Below, one piece after another: positions 1 to 9,081 of a stretch of DNA of 64,000 nt (position 1 is its first letter; every line of letters starts with the position of its first letter). The DNA lies in the NCBI GenBank assembly GCA_034520965.1, contig JAXHMY010000001.1, positions 160,001 through 224,000 on the forward strand. Direction: 5' to 3'. The notes below the pieces were generated by a model. It made no database searches, was not told the origin of the DNA, and saw only the letters and a list, made by a program, of their open reading frames with translations. This stretch comes from Spirochaetia bacterium. GTDB taxonomy: Bacteria; Spirochaetota; Spirochaetia; DSM-16054; Sediminispirochaetaceae. A program made the translations under genes and the position numbers.

Positions 1-1047
1 TTGTTTCCCGGCAGCTCAACCGCCAATCCCATCGACTTTCTAGCAACCGGTACCGCCGAGCAGTTGGGACAGATTATCGACTACTGCGATACCCGCTTCC
101 ACACAATCGATGCGATGGTAGTAATTTTCGGCAGTCCCGGCTTGTTTGAGGTATACGACGTGTACCAGGTACTGCACGAGAAAATGCGCAGCTGCAAAAA
201 GCCGATCTACCCGGTACTGCCCTCTATTATCAATGTAAAGAACGAGATCGCAGACTTTCTCTCAAAGGGTAATATCAACTTTCCCGATGAAGTTGAGTTT
301 GGCCGGGCCTTAAGCCGGGTATATGCTACTCCCCCAGTCAGCCGGGCCGATCCGGAACCCCCGGAGATCGACCGCCAAGCTATCCGCGAAGTTATCGCCG
401 TGGCCGACAGCGGGTATCTACCCCCTGAGGCGGTTCAGCAGCTTTTGGATGCGGCGGGTATTCCCCGAGCCGGCGAGCAGGTTGCCGGTACCGCTGACGA
501 GGCCGCTGAGGCGGCGGCCACTCTGGGCTACCCGGTGGTGATGAAAGTGGTCGGTCCGGTCCACAAGTCGGATGTGGGTGGTGTGGTAGTCAATGTAAAG
601 ACGGAAGAGAAGGTCCGCAGCGAGTTCAACCGCCTCATGCAGATTAAAGAAACTACGGGCGTTCTCCTGCAGCCGATGCTCAGCGGTCTGGAGCTGTTCG
701 CCGGAGTGACCTTGGAACCGGTGTTTGGGCACATGGTATTGTGCGGTTTGGGGGGCATTTTTGTAGAAGTATTAAAGGATGTACAGAGCGGTCTTACCCC
801 GCTTGGACAGGATGAAGCCCTTGCAATGATTCGAACCCTGAAGGGCTATAAAATGATAGAGGGAACCCGTGGACAAAACGGGACAGATGAATATTTGTTC
901 GCCGACATCCTCATCAGGCTGGGAGCTCTGGTCGAAACCGCCCCGGAAATTGCGGAACTTGACCTTAACCCCCTCCTCGGCAGCCCCAATTATGTATGCG
1001 CGGTGGATGCCCGCATAAGAGTAGACAAGGAGAGTTATCATGGCTAA
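1..1047 (+). CDS. Acetate--CoA ligase (ADP-forming) family protein, C-terminal part (5' end outside window)
   Basis: NPIDFLATG ligase-domain motif, then ATP-grasp domain (GYPVVMKVVGPVHKSDVGGV, ELDLNPL, AVDARI). Confidence 0.9.
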   Translation: MFPGSSTANPIDFLATGTAEQLGQIIDYCDTRFHTIDAMVVIFGSPGLFEVYDVYQVLHEKMRSCKKPIYPVLPSIINVKNEIADFLSKGNINFPDEVEFGRALSRVYATPPVSRADPEPPEIDRQAIREVIAVADSGYLPPEAVQQLLDAAGIPRAGEQVAGTADEAAEAAATLGYPVVMKVVGPVHKSDVGGVVVNVKTEEKVRSEFNRLMQIKETTGVLLQPMLSGLELFAGVTLEPVFGHMVLCGLGGIFVEVLKDVQSGLTPLGQDEALAMIRTLKGYKMIEGTRGQNGTDEYLFADILIRLGALVETAPEIAELDLNPLLGSPNYVCAVDARIRVDKESYHG

Positions 1048-2374
1048 AAGAGAAAATACTCCTATCGATGCGCAGGTGGTTTCAAAAAAGATTCAGAATA
1101 GCGGTATTCAGGATATGGCTACCGCCGGAATTCGTGAGCTGGTAAAACTGGTGTATCAAATTGAAGACGAAACCGGGGACAAGTTTATTCGAATGGAAAT
1201 GGGAGTCCCCGGTCTGCCGGCTCCGGAGGTGGGCATCCAAGCCCAGATAGAGGCTTTGAAGCAGGGAGTCGCCTCTAAATACTCGATGATAGACGGGCTG
1301 CCGGCACTAAAAGAGGAGGCATCGCGGTTCGGAAAACTCTTTCTGAATATCGACATTAGTCCCGAATCGTGTCTGCCGACGGTAGGTTCGATGCAGGGCG
1401 GCTTCGCCACCTTCCTTGTGGCAAACCGGAATAATCACAACCGCAAGGGCACCCTGTTTATTGATCCGGGCTTCCCGGTACAGAAACAGCAGTGTCACGT
1501 TCTTGGCCATGAGTACGAGAGCTTCGATGTGTATAACTACCGCGGTCCGAAACTGCGGGAGAAACTGGAGTCTTACCTGCAGTCCGGACAAATCTCATCT
1601 ATTATGTATTCCAATCCCAACAATCCCACCTGGATCTGTTTCACCGAGCAGGAGCTGCAGATTATCGGAGAGCTGTCACAGAAATACGATGTGACCGTAA
1701 TCGAAGACCTGGCCTATTTTGCAATGGACTTTCGCCACGACTACTCACAGCCGGGACAGCCACCCTACCAGCCGACAGTAGCCCATTACACCGACAACTA
1801 TGTACTGTTGCTGTCAACCTCAAAGGCCTTCAGCTACGCCGGAGAGCGGCTCGGGCTGATTTTGGTCTCGGATGCACTCTTCAATCGTCGCTATCCCGAC
1901 CTCACACGCTACTATCCCACCGATAAGTTCGGTCATTCACTGATCTACGGAGCCTTATATACCCTGACGGCCGGCACCAGCCACTCGGCTCAGTACGGAG
2001 TAACTGCGATGCTGAAGGCGGTCAACGACGGCGAGTACAACTTTGTAGAAAATGTAAAGGAGTACGGTACCCGGGCGCGGGTTATGAAAAAGCACATGGT
2101 GGAACAGGGCTTCAAAATTGTCTATGACCACGATGAGGACCAACCCCTGGCGGACGGTTTTTACTTCACCTTCTCATATCCCGGTTTCTCCGGCGGAGAG
2201 CTGGTGGAAGAGCTGCTGTACTACGGTATCAGTGCCATTAGTCTGCAGATTACCGGCAGCGACCACAGTGAAGGCTTGCGGGCTTGTGTATCACAGTTCA
2301 GCCTTGACCAGGAGGCGGACTTAGCCCACCGGCTACAACGGTTTCATGCCGACCATCCGGCGGACAAGACCTAG
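1040..2374 (+). CDS. PLP-dependent aminotransferase, class I/II
   Basis: YSNPNNP, IEDLAY, and STSKAFSYAGER (PLP lysine); GGAG RBS; start overlaps the upstream stop. Confidence 0.9.
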   Translation: MAKRENTPIDAQVVSKKIQNSGIQDMATAGIRELVKLVYQIEDETGDKFIRMEMGVPGLPAPEVGIQAQIEALKQGVASKYSMIDGLPALKEEASRFGKLFLNIDISPESCLPTVGSMQGGFATFLVANRNNHNRKGTLFIDPGFPVQKQQCHVLGHEYESFDVYNYRGPKLREKLESYLQSGQISSIMYSNPNNPTWICFTEQELQIIGELSQKYDVTVIEDLAYFAMDFRHDYSQPGQPPYQPTVAHYTDNYVLLLSTSKAFSYAGERLGLILVSDALFNRRYPDLTRYYPTDKFGHSLIYGALYTLTAGTSHSAQYGVTAMLKAVNDGEYNFVENVKEYGTRARVMKKHMVEQGFKIVYDHDEDQPLADGFYFTFSYPGFSGGELVEELLYYGISAISLQITGSDHSEGLRACVSQFSLDQEADLAHRLQRFHADHPADKT

Positions 2375-2390
2375 CCTGGCATAGCCTAGC

Positions 2391-3077
2391 CTAAAGTTCT
2401 AACGCACGCCTTTGGCTTGCAAAAATCTCCGCAATTCCTGCATCCGCCGCATCCAGGAGTTCATTCAAGCGTCTGCGGCCAAAGGTGGCCTTCTCGGCGG
2501 TTCCCTGTACTTCAACCAATTCCTCTCCCAATTTCACGACATTCATGTCAACCTCAGCTTGGGAATCGTGGGCATAATCAAGATCACAGACCACCTGCCC
2601 GTTGACCACTCCTACGCTCACTGCGGCCAGCTGTCCCTGCAGGTAGTTCTCCGGACCGGCCACCTCCTGCTGTTCGGCTAACACCCTCAGGGCATCGTAT
2701 AAAGCGACCCAGCCGCCGGATATTGCAGCAGTTCTCGTCCCGCCGTCAGCCTGGATTACATCGCAGTCTATTAAAATGGAGACGGGGCCCAGCTTTTCCA
2801 GGTTCACCGCCGCCCTCAAACTCCTCCCGATGAGGCGCTGTATTTCCGTACTCCGGCCATCGCGCTTTAACAACTCCCGTCGTTTACGGCCTCCGCCGGT
2901 ACTCCCCGGCAGCATAGCGTATTCGGCCGTAAGCCACCCGGAACCACTCTCCTCTAAGAATTTAGGCACCCCGGCTTCAATAGTTGCAGTGCAAATAACT
3001 TTGGTGTCACCAAAAGAAACCAGACAGGACCCGGCCGGATGCATAAGATAATTACGAATAAATTCAACTGAACGCAT
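2391..3077 (-). CDS. rph: Ribonuclease PH
   Basis: GWLTAEYAMLP, GRSTEIQRLIGRSLR, DCDVIQADGGTRTAAI. Confidence 0.97.
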   Translation of the reverse strand: MRSVEFIRNYLMHPAGSCLVSFGDTKVICTATIEAGVPKFLEESGSGWLTAEYAMLPGSTGGGRKRRELLKRDGRSTEIQRLIGRSLRAAVNLEKLGPVSILIDCDVIQADGGTRTAAISGGWVALYDALRVLAEQQEVAGPENYLQGQLAAVSVGVVNGQVVCDLDYAHDSQAEVDMNVVKLGEELVEVQGTAEKATFGRRRLNELLDAADAGIAEIFASQRRALEL

Positions 3078-3204
3078 GAAATCTCCTTACTGATAAAATA
3101 TCTAAACACAAATATATAGTGCGATTGGACAGAGCTCAATCAATCTTCTTCGCTCCCTTGGCCACTCTATCATCAGAATAGATTTAGAAGAAGGGGGAAA
3201 AGAT

Positions 3205-3260
3205 TTGACAAGTTGATGTCTCTCCCATATATTATATTAATACTTAGTAATACTGTAATA
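3205..3260 (+). promoter_or_regulatory. Sigma70-like promoter followed by TAATA(C) direct repeats
   Basis: TTGACA (3205-3210)-N17-TATATT (3228-3233); TAATAC at 3238 and 3248, TAATA at 3256. Confidence 0.55.
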
Positions 3261-3283
3261 ATTATATGAAGTTTAGAGGTGAC

Positions 3284-3561
3284 ATGAAAAAACACGAGAT
3301 TATTTCGTTTAAGGCTGATCAACAGCTGGTAGAAGCACTCAAGGTATTTCCAACCGGTCTGAGTTTATCCGGCATGCAGTTTTACGGGCAATGGAGAACA
3401 TTTGTCCGCTCTGTCAGGGTACAGGCATTCTCACACCGAGCCAACAAGAGCATTGGAACGAGTTCACCGCTCACCATAGAGTTGTGAAGTGTAAGCCCAT
3501 GAAGCTAACCTACCTTGCCTGTGACCGAGACAACGTGGAACAGCATAGAAAGAGGGAATAA
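3284..3561 (+). CDS. CopG/ribbon-helix-helix family regulator with C-terminal Cys/His metal-binding motif (frameshift near 3341)
   Basis: MKKHEIISFKADQQLVEALK, then after restoring one base GISNRSEFIRHAVLRAMENICPLCQGTGILTPSQQEHWNEFTAHH...LACD, stop TAA 3559-3561. Confidence 0.7.
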
Positions 3562-3563
3562 GA

Positions 3564-4290
3564 ATGGAGCATGGAACAGCCACAAATGTAATAGAAGTAG
3601 AGCATGCGGTATTTCGATATTCAAATTACACCGTACTGGATGATGTGTCCTTAAGCATACAAGCCGGGGATATGGTCAGTATAATCGGCCCGAATGGAGG
3701 AGGTAAGACAACACTTCTCAAGCTGATTCTTGGCCTGCTGGAGCCTGTTTCCGGAAAGGTGAAGGTGTACGGAGGCTCTCCTCGCAAGAATATGGGCTAT
3801 CTTGGTTACGTGCCGCAGTATTCACGCTTTGACGAACAATTTCCAATTACGGTATACGAGGTAGTCCTGACCGGCAGGTTGGAGAAGCGCGCCGGGTTTT
3901 ATTCAAAAGAGGATCGTCAAGCAGCGGCTGAAGCCTTAGAAACAGCCGGTCTTTCTGAGGTATCCGACCGGTCGTTTCAGGCACTGTCCGGCGGCCAGCG
4001 TCAAAGGATTCTTATTGCCCGTGCACTGGCGGGGCGGCCGTCTATTCTGCTTTTAGACGAGCCTACTTCGAATGTAGATGCAGCGGTTGGATCCATGCTC
4101 CATGAACTGCTTGAAAAACTGAACTAAACCGTACACCATTCTGACCGGTAACCCACGATGTAGGTTTTGTCGACGACATTACCAATCGGGTCTTCTGCGT
4201 GAATAACCATGTTCATGAACATCCGGCGGATAAACTGGATGCCTCGCTGATCAGTGCCGCTTACGGAAACCAGATGCGTGGTATGGTTCC
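3564..4290 (+). CDS. znuC: Zn/Mn ABC transporter ATP-binding protein (ZnuC-like); 3' end frameshifted, end coordinate approximate
   Basis: GPNGGGKT, GYVPQ, LSGGQRQR, LLLDEP; H-loop VTHDVGFV..VFCVN continues in another frame after 4127. Confidence 0.85.
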
Positions 4291-4335
4291 ATTGACGTAA
4301 CAGGATTCAGAAAAGTCACAACAGTAGGAGTTATT

Positions 4336-5178
4336 ATGCTGCAGGAGTTTTTTGCCGCCCTGGCCGATCCAAATGTTCCTTTCATACGCTACGCTTTGAT
4401 TGCAGGACTGCTCTCAAGTGTTTCCTTCGGAATTATAGGTTCTTTCGTTGTAGTAAAGCGGATCTCGTATATTGCCGGGGCCATCAGCCACGCCGCCTTG
4501 GCAGGTATAGGAGCAGCACTCTATTTCAAGCACGTGTATGGAATGGACTTCCTCTCGCCCCTGCATGGAGCGGTGGTCGCCGCTCTTTTAGCCGCGCTGA
4601 TCATCGGACTCGTAAGCACTTACTACAATGAGCGTGAGGATACCATTATCGGCAGTATCTGGGCTATTGGGATGGCTATCGGTCTGCTGTTTATCGCCAA
4701 AACTCCCGGCTACGTAGACCCCATGAGTTATCTCTTCGGCAATATCCTCTTGGTCGGAAGGCAGGAGCTCGTACTGATTCTATTTCTGGACATGGTGGTA
4801 ATTGTCCTAGGCATCCTTTTTTATCACCAGTTTCTGGCACTCTCCTTTGATGAAGAGTTTACCCGTCTACGGGGCATTCCCACACGGCTCTACTACATCC
4901 TGCTCATTTTTCTAGTGGCCCTGACGGTGGTGCTGATGGTGACGGTAGTTGGAATTGTAATGGTCATTGCCCTTTTGACCATACCGGCGGCCACCGCCGG
5001 ACTTTTTTCCAGAAAGCTATGGCAGATGATGGTGCTGGCCGCCCTCTTTTGTGCTCTGTTTACCAGCTTCGGACTTGGGACCAGTTATGTACTCGATTTC
5101 CCCTCCGGATCGACCACCATTGTGTTTGCCGGTGCAGTATATATTATAAGCCTCATAGTTCGACGAAGACGGAACTGA
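4336..5178 (+). CDS. znuB: Zn/Mn ABC transporter permease (ZnuB-like)
   Basis: ISHAALAG, SYLFGNILLV, SFDEEF; multiple TM helices. Confidence 0.9.
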   Translation: MLQEFFAALADPNVPFIRYALIAGLLSSVSFGIIGSFVVVKRISYIAGAISHAALAGIGAALYFKHVYGMDFLSPLHGAVVAALLAALIIGLVSTYYNEREDTIIGSIWAIGMAIGLLFIAKTPGYVDPMSYLFGNILLVGRQELVLILFLDMVVIVLGILFYHQFLALSFDEEFTRLRGIPTRLYYILLIFLVALTVVLMVTVVGIVMVIALLTIPAATAGLFSRKLWQMMVLAALFCALFTSFGLGTSYVLDFPSGSTTIVFAGAVYIISLIVRRRRN

Positions 5179-5253
5179 GAAGCCCATATGGCAGCATACG
5201 GCCTGTCGATAAAAAAATATTCAAATAAACCCCTTCACATACGTTGCATTTTG

Positions 5254-5308
5254 TTGCGCAAGGTGATTGACCATGTTACAATTACGCCGCGTGTACAACA
5301 CTGTACAC
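5254..5308 (+). promoter_or_regulatory. Sigma70 promoter with downstream palindromic operator
   Basis: TTGCGC (5254-5259)-N17-TACAAT (5277-5282) with extended -10 TG; inverted repeat GTGTACA-acac-TGTACAC at 5291-5308. Confidence 0.55.
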
Positions 5309-5323
5309 CATAACAACTAATAT

Positions 5324-5386
5324 GAAAGTAGCCGTATTCGGCTATTTTTCATTGTTTCGGCTGCCGTGCAGCGGCAGGCGAAACTA
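5324..5386. repeat. Double-hairpin intergenic element, copy 1
   Basis: TAGCCG-tatt-CGGCTA, then GTTTCG-g-CTGCCG-tgcag-CGGCAG-g-CGAAAC; homologous to 33585-33646. Confidence 0.85.
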
Positions 5387-5407
5387 ATACTATTTGGAGG
5401 AATGGTC

Positions 5408-6196
5408 ATGGAGATATCCACATATGTGCGTCCGCACTCTTTAGACGAAGCGTACTCACTTCTTGCCGATAAAAAGGCCTTTCTTATCGGAGGGGGCGCA
5501 TGGTCCCGAATGAATTCCCGAAAAGTTGACCTCGCAGTCGACCTCTCCTCTCTCGATCTCCGTTTCATTAAAAGAAACAACACTAAAATCGAGATTGGAG
5601 CTATGACTACTGCACGAGATCTTGAGACATCAACAGAGCTGAAGGAGGCCTTCGCTGGTCTTTTTCAAAAAACGGTTGCCCACATTGTGGGTGTACAAAT
5701 GAGAAATCTAATTACTGTTGGGGGTACTGTTGGGGGGAAATTCGGATTTTCCGACCTCAACACAGTTTTTCTGGCCCTTGGTGCAAAGGTGGTTCTCTAT
5801 AAGCAGGGGGAGGTCGACTTTGAAACTTACCTCACCCAGCGGTCGGAAGGACCGGCATTGATTGAAAAAATTGTACTCGACACCCAGAATGTGTCCGGTG
5901 CCTATGAAGCCGTGCGAATCAGCCGTACAGATTTTTCAATTCTAAATGTATGTGCACTTCGGACAAAGGACACATGGAGAGTGGCAGTAGGGGCTCGGCC
6001 CGGAGCTGCTCGTCTATCGGTCAAAGCGGCCGAAGTTCTCGGCAGTGAAAAGTCTCCGGATGCTGATGCAGCTAAAAAAGCCGGTGAAGCTGCCGCTGAA
6101 GAGCTTGATTTTGGTAATGACCTGCGAGGCAGCAAAGAATATCGAACAACCGTATGTCGCAGCCTGGTAAAACGGGCGATTCAGGAGGTGGTATAA
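5408..6196 (+). CDS. Molybdenum hydroxylase FAD-binding subunit (YgfM/XdhB-like)
   Basis: IGGGAW, IEIGAMTT, QMRNLITVGG, DLRGSKEYR; GGAGG RBS before ATG 5408. Confidence 0.88.
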   Translation: MEISTYVRPHSLDEAYSLLADKKAFLIGGGAWSRMNSRKVDLAVDLSSLDLRFIKRNNTKIEIGAMTTARDLETSTELKEAFAGLFQKTVAHIVGVQMRNLITVGGTVGGKFGFSDLNTVFLALGAKVVLYKQGEVDFETYLTQRSEGPALIEKIVLDTQNVSGAYEAVRISRTDFSILNVCALRTKDTWRVAVGARPGAARLSVKAAEVLGSEKSPDADAAKKAGEAAAEELDFGNDLRGSKEYRTTVCRSLVKRAIQEVV

Positions 6197-6651
6197 TGAC
6201 AATTGAACTAAAAATAAATGGACGACCGCGCCGGCTTGAAATTGAACCCGGCGACATGTTGGTTGATGTACTGCGAGAAGCCGGCTATGTAGAAGTAAAA
6301 AAGGGCTGTGATACCGGCAGCTGCGGGGTGTGCACCGTACTAATGAACGATACTCCGATTCCCTCCTGCTCCACCCTGGCAGCAAAAGCTGATGGTCAAG
6401 AGATTATAACTGTAAAGGGCATCGAGAAAGAAGCAGCTGAGTTTGCCGATTTTTTAACAGCCGAAGGTGCTGACCAATGCGGGTTCTGTGCACCCGGGTT
6501 CGCACTGAGCGTACATTCCCTGGTAAAAGAAAATCCTTCTCCCAATGAAGAGGAGATCCGCCACTATTTAGCCGGTAATTTGTGCCGCTGCAGTGGATAT
6601 GAGGGTCAGCTGCGGGCAATCACCAAGTTCGTGGAGGCTAATAATGAATAA
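6196..6651 (+). CDS. Molybdenum hydroxylase 2x[2Fe-2S] subunit (XdhC/CoxS-like)
   Basis: KKGCDTGSCGVCTV, QCGFCAPG, GNLCRCSGY; TAATG coupling. Confidence 0.93.
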   Translation: MTIELKINGRPRRLEIEPGDMLVDVLREAGYVEVKKGCDTGSCGVCTVLMNDTPIPSCSTLAAKADGQEIITVKGIEKEAAEFADFLTAEGADQCGFCAPGFALSVHSLVKENPSPNEEEIRHYLAGNLCRCSGYEGQLRAITKFVEANNE

Positions 6652-9001
6652 ACAGTTTACCCAGGTAAAACATGAACGCGCTAAAATAGATGGAAAGGGG
6701 CTGGTTCTCGGACGTCCCGCCTATACCGACGATCTTGCACCGAAGGACGCACTGGTTGTAAAACTCGTCCGAAGCAGCCATGCCTTTGCAAAGATAAAAA
6801 AAATAGATGCATCGAAAGCACTGGAACTGCCGGGAGTAGAGTGTGTGCTTACTCACCATGATGTACCTAGAGTACCGATAACCCGAGCAGGTCAAGGCCA
6901 CCCGGAACCCAGCCCTAAGGACAAATTCCTGTTGGACGAATATGTCCGCTATCCCGGGGATGAAGTAGCCGTGGTGGCGGCAGTTGATGAGGCCACCGCC
7001 CGCCGAGCCGTAGAACTGATAAAAGTTGAATACGAAGTCTTGACCCCTCTGATCGACATGGAAGAGGCCGAAACCAGTGATATCGTGGTCCACCCGGAGC
7101 CGGAAGCCTATACCATGTTTCCGATGGGATTTGAGCCCAAGAAAAATATTGCCGCCACCTACGATATGAACATTGGCGATGTGGATAAAGTGCTGTCGGA
7201 GTGTGACTACACGGTCGAACGGCGCTACAATACCCAGGCACAAGCCCATGCAGCCCTCGAACCGCATGCAGCATACTGCTATTACGACCTGCACGGCCGG
7301 GTAAACATTGTATCATCAACCCAGAACCCCTTTCACACCCGCCGTATCCTCGGCGAAGTGTTTGAAATGCCCCTGCGCAACATCCGCGTATCAAAGCCGA
7401 GAATCGGCGGAGGCTTCGGCGGAAAACAGCAGATCCATCTGGAACTGTACGCCATGCTGGTGACCACAAAAACCGGCAAATCGTCCAAGGTAGTCATGAG
7501 CCGCAAAGAGGTGTTTGAATCTTCCTTTGCCCGGCATAAAATGCGCTTAGACATACGCCTGGGTTCCGACAAAGAGGGAAATCTAAAGGCCATCGATCTG
7601 CAGGTTCTCTCCGACACCGGTGCATATGGAGAACATGCACTCACGGTATTTACCAACTGCGGCTCAAAATCACTGCCCCTTTACAATAAGGTTGAGGCGG
7701 TTCGTTTTGGCGGAAAAATTGTGTACACAAACCGTACTCCCGCCGGTGCCTACCGTGGTTATGGTGCGATCCAGGGAAACTACGCCCTCGAATCGGCAAT
7801 GAGTGAATTAGCCCACAAACTCGGGATTGACCCGGCGGTTCTGCGCGAGAAAAATATGATCGCCGAAAATCAAACCAGTGATATTTTCAGGATCATGGGA
7901 GAAGGCGGCGAAGGCGTTGAGATGATGATCGAGAGTTGTAAACTCCAGTACTGCCTGGACCGCGGCCGCAAGATGATAGGCTGGGACCCGAAAAACCTGC
8001 GCAGCGAAGTAAAAGACGGGAAAGTTCGTGCCAAGGGAATGGCCCTGGCAATGCAGGGTTCAGGTATCCCCCTCATCGACATGGGCTCAGCCACCCTCGA
8101 ATTACAGGATGACGGCTTTTTTAAGCTGTTGATTGGTGCCACCGACCTGGGAACAGGCAGCGATACGATTCTGGCTCAGATTGCCGCCGAAGAGTTGGGA
8201 GTGCCCTCCGACGATATTGTGGTGTACAGTTCGGATACCGACCGCACTCCTTTCGACGTTGGAGCCTATGCATCGAGTACCACCTATGTAACCGGTAACG
8301 CGATAATTCGAGCAGCTCAAAACATGAAAAAGGTAATCCGTGAGGCGGTCGCTGAAAAATTCGGCGTTGATGCAGAGGACATCGAGTTCAACGGCCGGGA
8401 ACTGCGGGTAAAGGACGGCTCAAAATCTATCGGTAAGATGAAAGACGGTACCCAGTCCATCACCTTAAAAGAATTCAGCTACGACACCCTCTACCACGAA
8501 GGGGCAAATATGAAGACTCTCGCGGCTACCGGTTCATTCAGCGGACATGTATCTCCCCCGCCCTATATGGCAGGCTTCTGCGAAATAGAAGTTGACCTGG
8601 AAACCGGAAAGGTTGAGGTACTGGATTACGTAGCTGTTACCGACTGCGGTACGCCGATAAACCCCAACCTGGCAAGAATACAGGTCGAGGGCGGACTACT
8701 GCAGGGCATTGGTATGACTCTTCATGAAGATGTGGTGCTGAGTTCCACCGGTAAAATGCTTACTAACAATTTTATGCAGTACAAGATTCCTTCCCGGGAA
8801 GATGTGGGAAAACTGCGGGTAGAATTTGCAGAAAGCTACGACCCCACCGGTCCCTTTGGCGCCAAGTCGGTCGGAGAAATCGGAATCGATACTCCCCTGG
8901 CCGCTATTTCAAACGCCATCTACAATGCAACCGGAGTACGGCTTACCTCACTGCCCCTTACACCGGCTAAGGTACTGGCCGCAATAGAATCGCAAAAGTA
9001 G
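6644..9001 (+). CDS. Xanthine dehydrogenase-family molybdopterin-binding subunit (XdhD-like)
   Basis: HAALEPH, GGGFGGK, GAYRGYG, GATDLGTG, QVEGG, GAKSVGE (catalytic Glu). Confidence 0.93.
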   Translation: MNKQFTQVKHERAKIDGKGLVLGRPAYTDDLAPKDALVVKLVRSSHAFAKIKKIDASKALELPGVECVLTHHDVPRVPITRAGQGHPEPSPKDKFLLDEYVRYPGDEVAVVAAVDEATARRAVELIKVEYEVLTPLIDMEEAETSDIVVHPEPEAYTMFPMGFEPKKNIAATYDMNIGDVDKVLSECDYTVERRYNTQAQAHAALEPHAAYCYYDLHGRVNIVSSTQNPFHTRRILGEVFEMPLRNIRVSKPRIGGGFGGKQQIHLELYAMLVTTKTGKSSKVVMSRKEVFESSFARHKMRLDIRLGSDKEGNLKAIDLQVLSDTGAYGEHALTVFTNCGSKSLPLYNKVEAVRFGGKIVYTNRTPAGAYRGYGAIQGNYALESAMSELAHKLGIDPAVLREKNMIAENQTSDIFRIMGEGGEGVEMMIESCKLQYCLDRGRKMIGWDPKNLRSEVKDGKVRAKGMALAMQGSGIPLIDMGSATLELQDDGFFKLLIGATDLGTGSDTILAQIAAEELGVPSDDIVVYSSDTDRTPFDVGAYASSTTYVTGNAIIRAAQNMKKVIREAVAEKFGVDAEDIEFNGRELRVKDGSKSIGKMKDGTQSITLKEFSYDTLYHEGANMKTLAATGSFSGHVSPPPYMAGFCEIEVDLETGKVEVLDYVAVTDCGTPINPNLARIQVEGGLLQGIGMTLHEDVVLSSTGKMLTNNFMQYKIPSREDVGKLRVEFAESYDPTGPFGAKSVGEIGIDTPLAAISNAIYNATGVRLTSLPLTPAKVLAAIESQK

Positions 9002-9023
9002 GTTCTAGCTTGAACATACACAC

Positions 9024-9064
9024 AAAGGGCTTGCAGCACAACGTGGCTGCAAGCCCTTTTCTTT
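9024..9064. terminator. Intrinsic terminator, likely bidirectional
   Basis: AAAGGGCTTGCAGC-loop-GCTGCAAGCCCTTTT between convergent genes. Confidence 0.85.
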
Positions 9065-9081
9065 GCCCTCCCGGCTCCCAA

